Assembly: GCA_028066355.1 (NCBI GenBank)
Contig: JALCBP010000002.1
Location: forward strand, 42,253-106,252
Length of the DNA: 64,000 nt
Origin: Pirellulales bacterium
GTDB lineage: Bacteria > Planctomycetota > Planctomycetia > Pirellulales > UBA1268
Direction of reading: 5' to 3'
Shown here: piece by piece, positions 20,958-29,266 of the stretch
Layout of the letters: each line of letters opens with the position of its first letter
How positions within the stretch are numbered: the stretch's first letter is position 1
Translations under genes and position numbers: made by a program
The notes under the pieces: generated by a model
What the model saw: the letters and a program-made list of their open reading frames with translations, nothing else
Database searches by the model: none
What the model was told of the DNA's origin: nothing

Positions 20958-21034
20958 TTCATGACCTCTATCCGTGAATCAACAACTCTTTCCGCAAAAC
21001 CACCAAAGCACTACAGAAAAACAACTCATTCACG

Positions 21035-22810
21035 TCACCCATAGGTTCCATGAAGAAACCATGACCGTTTCCGGAAACCACGAAACATCCAAAAACGACC
21101 CCCGCGATCAGTTTCAAAGATGTAATAGTCTCGACGAACTGTTGGGCCTCGCCACCAAGCTGTTTCAATTCGCTCTGGCCCACGAGACCGCACAACTACA
21201 TGAAACCGTCCTTCCCAACGAAAACGTACAGGGAGCCCATCAGTACTTAACGAAGACACATCGATCAATCGAGGCTTGGAGAACAAAAAAGTTGGACGAC
21301 TAGGCCCTACAATAGGCTTTGAGAATCGAGACTTGCTTGCCCCAAGAAAATAACCTGAGCGGTACGGCTTTCGACCTATCACACTAACTGCTGGTGTTGC
21401 GACCCACGATGCTTCTGGCTGGATATCAGCAAGTAACCGTGGCTCAACAACTGCACCACTCCCCAGGCGACTGACTAGACGATCAAGAAGCGACTCAAAC
21501 CGTGATGCATCTGATTGCGTTGCCTCACAAAAAAGTCTCTGCTGCCGATAGGGCAACGTCTCTGCTGACATCACTTCTACTGATATATTAATAATTTCCC
21601 TTGGAAGCCGTGCCCTCTCGAATCGCAACATAACAAGATCAACGAGATGCTTTACTTGCAACGTTGGTTTATACAGACCAATATCAATAACTGCTGAATC
21701 ATGACATTCATTCGCATCAAGCCTTACTTGCAGACTACTCACTCCACGATTTGCATTCACTAGTGGCTGAAGGCATTGACGAACCAGCCTTTCAAGCAGT
21801 GCGCGGAAGCGTGCGGATTCAATATCACGACCAAGAACTGGCATATCAAACGAATGGTCTGCCACAAAACTCTCACTCTCTTGTAATGGCACAATTGGGT
21901 CTGGCACATCACCAAGAAAACGAGACACTCGTAGAGTAACAATTGATCCAAAACGCTCCTGAAGGCTCACTCTTGGCAAACGCAACAACTGCTCAACTGA
22001 ATCAACACCCACTTCAGCCAATGAATCGATAACACCGACCGGCAACTGCAATGACTTGAGCGGCAATGACTTAAGAGAGTGCCGCTGCCGGCCTGGAGGC
22101 ACAACAACCCATCTTTGCTGACGTTCTAACCAACGCCCATGATGCAAACCTCGAACTGCTCTAGTTTTTAAAAGAGCTGAACGGCACGGTTCGCTCCTTG
22201 GCGATTGCTGCAACTCATCGAATGCGTGCAAGCTCGTTACAGCAACTCGGTCGACAAAGAGCGCAGCTGCCCAGGAGGCTGACGGAGTATCAGCAATGGC
22301 TGCCCGAGCATGGATTCTGCGAGCAGCTAACATCCAAACCACTGTACGAACAAGTGACAATTCGCCACCAAAAAAGTGAGCCGTGTCCGAGACATCAACT
22401 TGCAGACTCCTGGCAGAACAAACACGTTCTCTTCTTGCCTTACCACGATCCGTTTCACAAACAACATCTGGCCCAATTGCAACGAGTGGAGAAAATCTAT
22501 GACACCATCGCGCCAACGTCTCAAGTACACGAATATCACCAACACGATCTTCTGGAATAACACGCGCCACACGAGCAGCCCGCTCGCCATACGCTGAAGC
22601 GAGTACCGCCAATGCTTCTGACAATGAAAAGCCCGGCTGAATAACCGGTCGAGAAATTTTGCCTCTCGCAGGCGACACAACCCAGGCCCAGGACACAACA
22701 GAGAGGACACCACGTGCATTTTTCCGACAAACAAAAACGGGGTACTCACGAAATTCTGGATGCTGAAGCAACTGCCGCTGTACAGGCCAACGGGGTAGCG
22801 ATATTGTCAT
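21035..22810 (-). CDS. imuB: ImuB, Y-family-polymerase-like protein (catalytically inactive type)
   Basis: The ORF is open to 22846. The ATG at 22810 gives MTISLPRWPVQRQ..., the usual ImuB-type N-terminus without the DxD acidic residues, and overlaps the imuA stop as ATGA. Call rests on position in the cassette and size (591 aa). Confidence 0.8.
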   Translation of the reverse strand: MTISLPRWPVQRQLLQHPEFREYPVFVCRKNARGVLSVVSWAWVVSPARGKISRPVIQPGFSLSEALAVLASAYGERAARVARVIPEDRVGDIRVLETLARWCHRFSPLVAIGPDVVCETDRGKARRERVCSARSLQVDVSDTAHFFGGELSLVRTVVWMLAARRIHARAAIADTPSASWAAALFVDRVAVTSLHAFDELQQSPRSEPCRSALLKTRAVRGLHHGRWLERQQRWVVVPPGRQRHSLKSLPLKSLQLPVGVIDSLAEVGVDSVEQLLRLPRVSLQERFGSIVTLRVSRFLGDVPDPIVPLQESESFVADHSFDMPVLGRDIESARFRALLERLVRQCLQPLVNANRGVSSLQVRLDANECHDSAVIDIGLYKPTLQVKHLVDLVMLRFERARLPREIINISVEVMSAETLPYRQQRLFCEATQSDASRFESLLDRLVSRLGSGAVVEPRLLADIQPEASWVATPAVSVIGRKPYRSGYFLGASKSRFSKPIVGPSRPTFLFSKPRLIDVSSLSTDGLPVRFRWEGRFHVVVRSRGPERIETAWWRGPTVRRDYYIFETDRGGRFWMFRGFRKRSWFLHGTYG

Positions 22811-23748
22811 GATGCGCAACGTGTTGCTCCCTGACATTCCGGACACTCCATTGCCTCATGAAAACCAACATGTTCTTTCCCTCTAGCAAGATCAAGAACA
22901 CACCGTACCGAAGGTTCAGACACGGCAGTCACTGTGTCCCATTGACCACCAACTTGCATCAGTGTGAAGGCACGAGAATGAATCCAGTGACCCGAAGATC
23001 GTTGATGCATTTCCGGACGATACGTCTTACACGATGCTGTACCATGACATCTGTCTTGAAGAGCAGGGGATGGCTCCACTTGAATGCGTACTTCTGCCCA
23101 TGTTGGCTCACGACGGGCACGCGATGGTCGTACAAGCAACCCCACAGTACCACTTGACTTTGCAGCCATTTGCCATCGACGCATTACTGTAGATGAAACA
23201 TTTTTGGGCCATCCAACCACTGCTGCAACGCTTGGGCAACGCAGGAGCTGATCAATTGACCAGAATTCATCGGCTTCATTCGCAGGATATATAATGTAGA
23301 GCAGGTGTTCTTTTCCACGAATTAGTGAAGAATCTTTCACTGAAGAAACTCGTGCTGACTGTTCTAGCCACGGCATGACAGATGGTGGATAAAAATTTCT
23401 ATCACGATCCACAAGTACTACAGGACGACATCCAGTGAATGCATTTGTGCTCTGCAAATGCGTCGCCACAGCTAGAGCGAAAGTTGTTGCACCGGAAGCC
23501 AATGCCACACTCTCATCGTCGGACTCAAGCCATTCCATAAGAGTGCCCAGCCGTACCCCTCCGTACCTTAGAAGGCGATCAAGTGACGGCAGGCCACTAC
23601 TCACGACCGTTGGAGCAGTTCTCTCTCCAATGCATCCTGGCAATGAGGAAACTTCTGAAACCATACGAGACAATTGCTGCCACTTTGCATGGCCAGCCAT
23701 CTGGCGAAGTTCCGTACGGTAGGGATGTGGGGGGATATGCTCTGCCAC
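22807..23748 (-). CDS. imuA: ImuA-like RecA/SulA-fold protein of the mutasome cassette
   Basis: 313 aa. The SSGLPSLDRLLRYGGVRLGTLMEW motif resembles the ImuA signature (sGf..LD..LpgGG.p.G.l.E). It is the first gene of the imuA-imuB-dnaE2 order. Confidence 0.7.
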   Translation of the reverse strand: MAEHIPPHPYRTELRQMAGHAKWQQLSRMVSEVSSLPGCIGERTAPTVVSSGLPSLDRLLRYGGVRLGTLMEWLESDDESVALASGATTFALAVATHLQSTNAFTGCRPVVLVDRDRNFYPPSVMPWLEQSARVSSVKDSSLIRGKEHLLYIIYPANEADEFWSIDQLLRCPSVAAVVGWPKNVSSTVMRRWQMAAKSSGTVGLLVRPSRARREPTWAEVRIQVEPSPALQDRCHGTASCKTYRPEMHQRSSGHWIHSRAFTLMQVGGQWDTVTAVSEPSVRCVLDLARGKEHVGFHEAMECPECQGATRCAS

Positions 23749-23775
23749 GATGTAAAACCAACAAGGATCAAGTGA

Positions 23776-23789
23776 TGTACTTTTGTACA
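23776..23789. promoter_or_regulatory. Candidate SOS (LexA-type) operator: perfect palindrome TGTAC-TTTT-GTACA
   Basis: Read directly. It lies 28-41 nt upstream of the imuA ATG and about 100 nt upstream of the divergent gene. On the imuA strand it reads ACTGTACAAAAGTACAT, a 7/8 match to CTGT-N8-ACAG and the same architecture as GAAC-N4-GTTC boxes. Confidence 0.4.
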
Positions 23790-23888
23790 GTATTTGATCT
23801 GGCCGGTAGCGTCAAGACTGCAATTCAGCACGCCTTTGTTTAGACGTATAATTAATGACTCTTCCCCTCTTGCCCGGGAGTATCACCC

Positions 23889-25025
23889 ATGCAAAACAAG
23901 CAAAACTCTTACTGGGGTCACCATCGAGCTGCACTCGCGAGACTTTCTTACGTCCTTCTAGCCGGATCTATCCCGCTACTCTTTAATGCAACCTCATCAC
24001 AACTTTCCGCTGAAGAATTTGCTGGTTTCCAACAAACCGACTCGCCTGCTGTCTTGGAGGCACTAGGCGTCACGCCAAAACACTACCGCCAACTTGAGCC
24101 ATCACTGTATTACCTGTCACAACGATATTCCGACAGTTTCAGCGGGCTCTCCTCAACACAACGACATACTCGGCTTATTGCTCTTGCGCGATTTATCGAC
24201 ATGAAGAGAACTGCCGTTGCAGAAGATCCAGTCATTGGACCCGGTTGCAACTTAATCGGGCTACTCGATCCTGATCACGGCCTTGACCCTAAGGAAATCT
24301 CGTCACTCGCTACAGCCTATCACTGCACTTCTACGATTCACAAAAAGACAACCTCTTCAGAAACTATTGAAGAAGTTGGTGAGGCATTCCTACAGTCAGT
24401 TGCCACTGCCGCTAAATCAGAAAATACTCCGACAACCATAATTGTTCTGGGGCATGGATTGCCAAAAGAAATCCAGAGTTACCACATCTCTGTTGATCGA
24501 TTTGCAAAAACACTTCTAACTGCTGCAACACACACAGATGAATCCTCTAGCATTGACCTCGGCCATCTAACAATTATCTGTGACGATTGCTACAGCGCTG
24601 ACTTCATGATTAACCTCGCTACAACAATAACCAACTCCTGTCGCGCACAGTCATTTCACTTGAAAAAACTACCTACACTTATTGCCGGCACAAACCGGGA
24701 TTGTGTCGGCCATGCTGATGTTGGACAGAAATTTGTGCCACACTTCTGGCGTGATGTTATTGAACTTTTCTATATCCGACGGCCACGCCCAACAAAGATT
24801 ACATTGGGTGATTTTTTTGAAAAAGTTGACAACATGATGTTTGGTTATGGAAGAAGACCAATCATTCAAGGATCTCATGTTGTTGGTTACCGACTCATTG
24901 ACCCAACAATGGTTCAAGATCCTGTTGTATTTGTTTCTCTGAGTGAAGCTGATCTTGAAACACTAAGAAAACTACTTGATTTGCAAAAAGATGCCACATG
25001 CGACCTCTTCCTCGATATCGGCTAG
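23889..25025 (+). CDS. Secreted hypothetical protein with caspase/legumain-like (clan CD) His-Cys dyad
   Basis: 378 aa. N-terminal signal-like helix (LSYVLLAGSIPLLF). A helix precedes TTIIVLGHG (His189), and 42 residues later comes LTIICDDCYSADF (Cys231/234). This is the hydrophobic-strand-HG ... hydrophobic-strand-C layout of clan CD peptidases. Confidence 0.45.
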   Translation: MQNKQNSYWGHHRAALARLSYVLLAGSIPLLFNATSSQLSAEEFAGFQQTDSPAVLEALGVTPKHYRQLEPSLYYLSQRYSDSFSGLSSTQRHTRLIALARFIDMKRTAVAEDPVIGPGCNLIGLLDPDHGLDPKEISSLATAYHCTSTIHKKTTSSETIEEVGEAFLQSVATAAKSENTPTTIIVLGHGLPKEIQSYHISVDRFAKTLLTAATHTDESSSIDLGHLTIICDDCYSADFMINLATTITNSCRAQSFHLKKLPTLIAGTNRDCVGHADVGQKFVPHFWRDVIELFYIRRPRPTKITLGDFFEKVDNMMFGYGRRPIIQGSHVVGYRLIDPTMVQDPVVFVSLSEADLETLRKLLDLQKDATCDLFLDIG

Positions 25026-25073
25026 ACAGTTGAAAGCACTGATACTTTCAATACGGCATCTGCATCGCTCGTA

Positions 25074-27362
25074 TCAGTCCGAACTTAGCCCAATTTTAAA
25101 AAGTCGATACATCGGCAAGTGACGATAAGGCACTTGGAGTGTTAGCAATGACAGACTCGTCACATACACTCTGCCGCCTGTATTTCCATGAGGAACACCG
25201 TCGGGCTTCCAACTACCCTTGAATTCACCATCTTTTTCCTGCGTGCGAATAAGATGTTCACGCATGCGGTGATTCCACAGATCAAAGTTGTTCCCTTCAA
25301 GATGATGAAGCACTTGGGTCGCATAATAATAGAAATAGATATCACCCAAATTACCACTTTGCTCTGGTGGTTGCTTTGCCATCAAATACGCACTACCAGC
25401 CATCAGGTTTTGGTCATCTTTTTTCCATCCAAGATATTGCTGAGTCAGGAGACCTGCCGCTGTCATACTTTGTTTTTCAGTACTTTCAGCACCACCTGGC
25501 TGATAACAGTACCGTGACAGCGGAACATCTTCTGGACCAACGCCGCACGAATCCACAAACCGTCCCGCACGTTCAAGTGACTGTGCGAGCACATTTATTC
25601 CAGTGAGTTGTGCACTACGAATCGCCAAAAAGACCCAGCCAGTTGCCGAAAGGTCACCAGGCTGGTTTGGTGAATAACGCCATCCACCTCCTGCCTGATG
25701 CTGTGCATTCAGAAGATATTTCAACGCCAATTGTGCATGCCCCCGAAGTCGCTGATCACCAGACAACCCATAAGCTTCACAAAACACGATAGTTGCCAAT
25801 GCGTGGGCATACATCCCACCATCCAGCCGCCCGTCATTGATATCATTACTTCGTTGCTGACTGAGCGCGAGATAGACTAATCCTCGTTCAACAACTCCTT
25901 GATACTTTTCAAGTTCTTCTTGTCCCTCAGGCACACGACTATGAGCAATACCTTCACTAAGAAACGGCAATAACGCGAGAGCGGTAGCGCCAATCGGATT
26001 GGGATTAGGTCCGTCCTTTCCTTCGCCTTCAGCAACGTCCTCAACAGACCCATCGAGCGCCCATGAACCATCACCCCGCTGGGAATCTGCCAACCAGTCA
26101 ATCCCGTCACGAATTGACTCCAGCGACCGAGGAGTTGCCCCGTAGAAATCAATAAGGGCTTGCTTGCTCGCCAAGGTGAGACGGCCGCCAATGGAACCTT
26201 TTCTTCGTAACGGAGCGGACGCGGCCGGATCTGAAAAAATCTTCTTGATTGCAGAAACGTTGATAATCCCCGCTGGTAATTTCTCAGGATCGTCGGCTAG
26301 CACACGTAAAATGATGTGATTTGTCGTATGCAAACCACCACCGTCCACTTCGATCAGGCTTGACCGAACTTGTGGTTTTGCAGTCGAGGATACCGAAAGA
26401 GCGAGAGACACTTCCTCACTTCCTGCTGGAACCGACATAACGGAGGCATCTACCCCAGCCGGAAGATTTTCTAATTCAATGTCCAGTGGACCATTATATT
26501 TCTCTCGCTTCACTGGCAGCCGGATCACCTCTTTTGAATCTGGCTTCAAATCCACAACCCGAAAAGACTCCACCCGAAACGGGTACCGGGAAATCTCAAC
26601 CGGGATTTTTCCTGCAACCTTGCGGCCGTACGCCTCCGTCGAGATCTCTAAATTGACCAAGCCGTCAGCAGCAGTTGTCGCAGCAGACACAACTACGTTT
26701 ATTGCCTCGGTATCGTTCCCACTGGAAGGGGATTCAACTTGAGCACTGAGTGCCGTGCCCCCCCCTGAAACCGCGACAGGAACCGGCCCCGCAAAACTGT
26801 TTTTCTTCAGTTGAACCGATATTGCTTTGCTCGCTCCGGGCTGAAGCAAGATCGTCTTACTCGTGCCGAACTCGGGGCGGAAAACCTTGTTCACAACAAC
26901 ATCCAGATCCCTTGTTGCGGTCATCTCCTTCAACTTCGCTTGAACCGTGACTGAGGCTTTTACCTCCGCATCACCAAGACTTTCGGATGCCTGCAAAACG
27001 ATTTTTCCGGCTGAAGATCCCTCCTTTATGACAAGTGATTCCGGAGATGGGCTGACCCCGTTCGGCAACCCTTTGACAGAGACCGAAACACTTCCTTTAT
27101 TGCCATTCCTCATCACACGCACTTCGAGTTCACCTTGGCCAGCTGGCATCAACACAACGTTGTCCAACTCAGCAAGTTCAATGACTTTCGGCTCTTCAGT
27201 AGGCACCGAGACTTCAACAACTGGTGGTGGTGGTGGTGGTGGCGGTTCACTACATCCAGCTATCAGAACCAAGACCAGCAAAAGACTTTTGACAGCTATA
27301 CCGGTACCGCATCTACCAGCAATTCGACGCAATTCTCCAACCATGATTGTTTCCTCGCGCAC
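25074..27362 (-). CDS. Lipoprotein with poly-Pro linker, three repeated beta modules and a C-terminal prenyltransferase/terpene-cyclase-like alpha/alpha-toroid repeat domain
   Basis: 762 aa. Lipobox LIAGCS is followed by P8. Three modules of about 100 aa share a '..LP.GV.....' pattern (VKGLPNGVSPSP; ELENLPAGVDASV). The C-terminal half has repeated DGSW/GGWRY/DGEFKGSW motifs typical of prenyltransferase/squalene-cyclase repeats. Confidence 0.7.
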   Translation of the reverse strand: MREETIMVGELRRIAGRCGTGIAVKSLLLVLVLIAGCSEPPPPPPPPVVEVSVPTEEPKVIELAELDNVVLMPAGQGELEVRVMRNGNKGSVSVSVKGLPNGVSPSPESLVIKEGSSAGKIVLQASESLGDAEVKASVTVQAKLKEMTATRDLDVVVNKVFRPEFGTSKTILLQPGASKAISVQLKKNSFAGPVPVAVSGGGTALSAQVESPSSGNDTEAINVVVSAATTAADGLVNLEISTEAYGRKVAGKIPVEISRYPFRVESFRVVDLKPDSKEVIRLPVKREKYNGPLDIELENLPAGVDASVMSVPAGSEEVSLALSVSSTAKPQVRSSLIEVDGGGLHTTNHIILRVLADDPEKLPAGIINVSAIKKIFSDPAASAPLRRKGSIGGRLTLASKQALIDFYGATPRSLESIRDGIDWLADSQRGDGSWALDGSVEDVAEGEGKDGPNPNPIGATALALLPFLSEGIAHSRVPEGQEELEKYQGVVERGLVYLALSQQRSNDINDGRLDGGMYAHALATIVFCEAYGLSGDQRLRGHAQLALKYLLNAQHQAGGGWRYSPNQPGDLSATGWVFLAIRSAQLTGINVLAQSLERAGRFVDSCGVGPEDVPLSRYCYQPGGAESTEKQSMTAAGLLTQQYLGWKKDDQNLMAGSAYLMAKQPPEQSGNLGDIYFYYYATQVLHHLEGNNFDLWNHRMREHLIRTQEKDGEFKGSWKPDGVPHGNTGGRVYVTSLSLLTLQVPYRHLPMYRLFKIGLSSD
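27222..27245 (-). repeat. (CCA)7-CCG trinucleotide tract encoding Pro8
   Basis: The plus strand reads (TGG)7 CGG. In the gene frame this is eight consecutive proline codons immediately after the lipobox Cys. Confidence 0.95.
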
Positions 27363-27500
27363 CAGTTCGGTCTTACAGTCCGACCCTTGTACACCCGGGA
27401 TACGCGTTTGAGACGTATCTCCACGAAAGCCATCATAATCATCTAGATCAAGAAATCATTCTCAAATTGAGTGAGTTACTACACAAATGTTTCTTAGGAA

Positions 27501-29189
27501 TCACATCTTGTATTGCTCACGCTGAAGATTTGGCTTAATCCCTTCAGGGGTGGCATCATTTTCAATATCAAACCACTCTTCCTTGAACTCAACTCGTGGC
27601 TGACCGTCTGCATTTTTCAATGCCACATTACTCACTAACGCAATAACAGCATCTGCGATTGCAACTTCCGGCTTACAACGAGGCTGATTCGCTGGGTCCG
27701 GGTTCCGAATACACCAGGCCCAGTGTTCCATTTCTTCGGTATAGCCGCGTGAAGGCGGTGCTTTCCCTGCTGATTCAGTCGAAACTGCAGCGACACTTCC
27801 GGCACCACCACTTTCCGTGGTATCGAGCACAGCTTCGCCACTTTTCGACTTTGCGACGGTCACGCGCGTGTCACGCGACGATCCCTTGTAGAGCATGACA
27901 TTCTGCTCCTGTTCCAAAATAAGGGTCCCCTCTGTCCCCATCACAACTTCACCATATCCACCAAAACCATTTCCATTAATCGATGAATAAGTAACAACAA
28001 TTTTCTTATTTGGGTTCTCTGCATAATCAGGTGCTGGGTACTCGAACATGCAATAGACATGATCGTCGACTTCTCGGTCGTCTGGGAAAATACTACGATT
28101 TCCGACAGCCGTCACTGTCAGAGGCTTCACCTTTTTTCCCTTTCCGTGCATGGCCGAGATAAAAATCCCAGCAGCGTCAAGCTGATGACTACCAAGCTCT
28201 GCCATCAAACCACCGCCAGTACGGTTCCACAGTCGCCACCGTATCAGTTCTTCAAGAGGTGTGCGAAGAGAGCCATCTGGTAACTGTTTCTCGGTATAGC
28301 CAAATGACTCGGCAGCGACATCGCTATCTGCTAACTGTGCTTCTAGTTGGGCGACTCGCTTAGACCATATATCAACTTCTGAGGGCTTTGATTCCTCTAA
28401 CCTTCGTTTCCAGCTAGCCATTTTGCTGAGAAGCGCCTCGTCTGCAGGCAATGGTGGCTTCCAGCTATCTTTACCGGGTAAATTACCGCGATGCCATTGA
28501 GCACGTATCGAATGAAGATCACCAATCAGACGAGCGTCGCCAAGTGTGTGAACCGCATTGTCATATAAAACACTATAGTGACGTTGATGACCGGTAGCTA
28601 AAAGCTTTCCTGTCTCTCGAGCAGTCCTCCCCATCTCTTTGCACTCATGAATCGAATGCCCCATGAGTTTTTCCGTCAGCACATGCTTGCCTGCACGCAT
28701 GGCTTTAATTGCTGCCTCAGCATGCAGGTGTAGTGGCAACGCGATGACGACTGCTTCGATGTTTTCGTCAGCAAGCAATTCTTCATACGCGCCATACACT
28801 TTGACTTGCTTACGGGCTTCGTCCTCAGTTTTCCAACCATACTTCGCCATGAGACCAGGTCGCACACGCTGAGCATTTGGACTGGATACATCACCGTGAA
28901 AAGCACGAAATACGTTGTACGGCCGAATGTCTGCAATCGCGACAGCTTGAAGATAATCAGGATTATGTGCACCTATCAGCACACTGCCTTCATCACCCGT
29001 GCCAATAAAGCCCACCCGCAGAGGATCGCCAACACTCGCACCATACCCAAAATAGATTGATCCTAGTCCAGCGCCTGTTGCTAAACCCGCGGCAACTGTA
29101 CCTGACAGAAAATCGCGTCGCGTGACTGCAACGGCTTCATTGAAATTTTCCTTACCCACTTTTTGCTGTTCTGGAGTTAGGTTCATCAA
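27501..29189 (-). CDS. Gfo/Idh/MocA-family oxidoreductase with twin-arginine (TAT) signal
   Basis: 562 aa. TRRDFLSGTVAAGLATGAG TAT signal, Rossmann motif VGFIGTGDEG, and EKLM/EKP-type motif (VLTEKLM). Confidence 0.85.
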   Translation of the reverse strand: MMNLTPEQQKVGKENFNEAVAVTRRDFLSGTVAAGLATGAGLGSIYFGYGASVGDPLRVGFIGTGDEGSVLIGAHNPDYLQAVAIADIRPYNVFRAFHGDVSSPNAQRVRPGLMAKYGWKTEDEARKQVKVYGAYEELLADENIEAVVIALPLHLHAEAAIKAMRAGKHVLTEKLMGHSIHECKEMGRTARETGKLLATGHQRHYSVLYDNAVHTLGDARLIGDLHSIRAQWHRGNLPGKDSWKPPLPADEALLSKMASWKRRLEESKPSEVDIWSKRVAQLEAQLADSDVAAESFGYTEKQLPDGSLRTPLEELIRWRLWNRTGGGLMAELGSHQLDAAGIFISAMHGKGKKVKPLTVTAVGNRSIFPDDREVDDHVYCMFEYPAPDYAENPNKKIVVTYSSINGNGFGGYGEVVMGTEGTLILEQEQNVMLYKGSSRDTRVTVAKSKSGEAVLDTTESGGAGSVAAVSTESAGKAPPSRGYTEEMEHWAWCIRNPDPANQPRCKPEVAIADAVIALVSNVALKNADGQPRVEFKEEWFDIENDATPEGIKPNLQREQYKM

Positions 29190-29266
29190 ATATTATCTCC
29201 GCTTCACTGGATTCGTAGTAGTACTCGTGTCGATCGATCTCTGGATACAGCTATTGCCAAATGCAA

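Noticed and set aside
22811-22846. Upstream in-frame start codons give longer versions of several genes: imuB to 22846, purC to 17707, sod to 36538, mcsA to 56751, recA from 40802, manA from 45821, the PyrK-like gene from 48312, and DUF3500 from 62882.
   Set aside because: The shorter starts match canonical family N-termini and/or have better Shine-Dalgarno sequences or ATGA coupling. The extensions add non-conserved residues or overlap the upstream gene.
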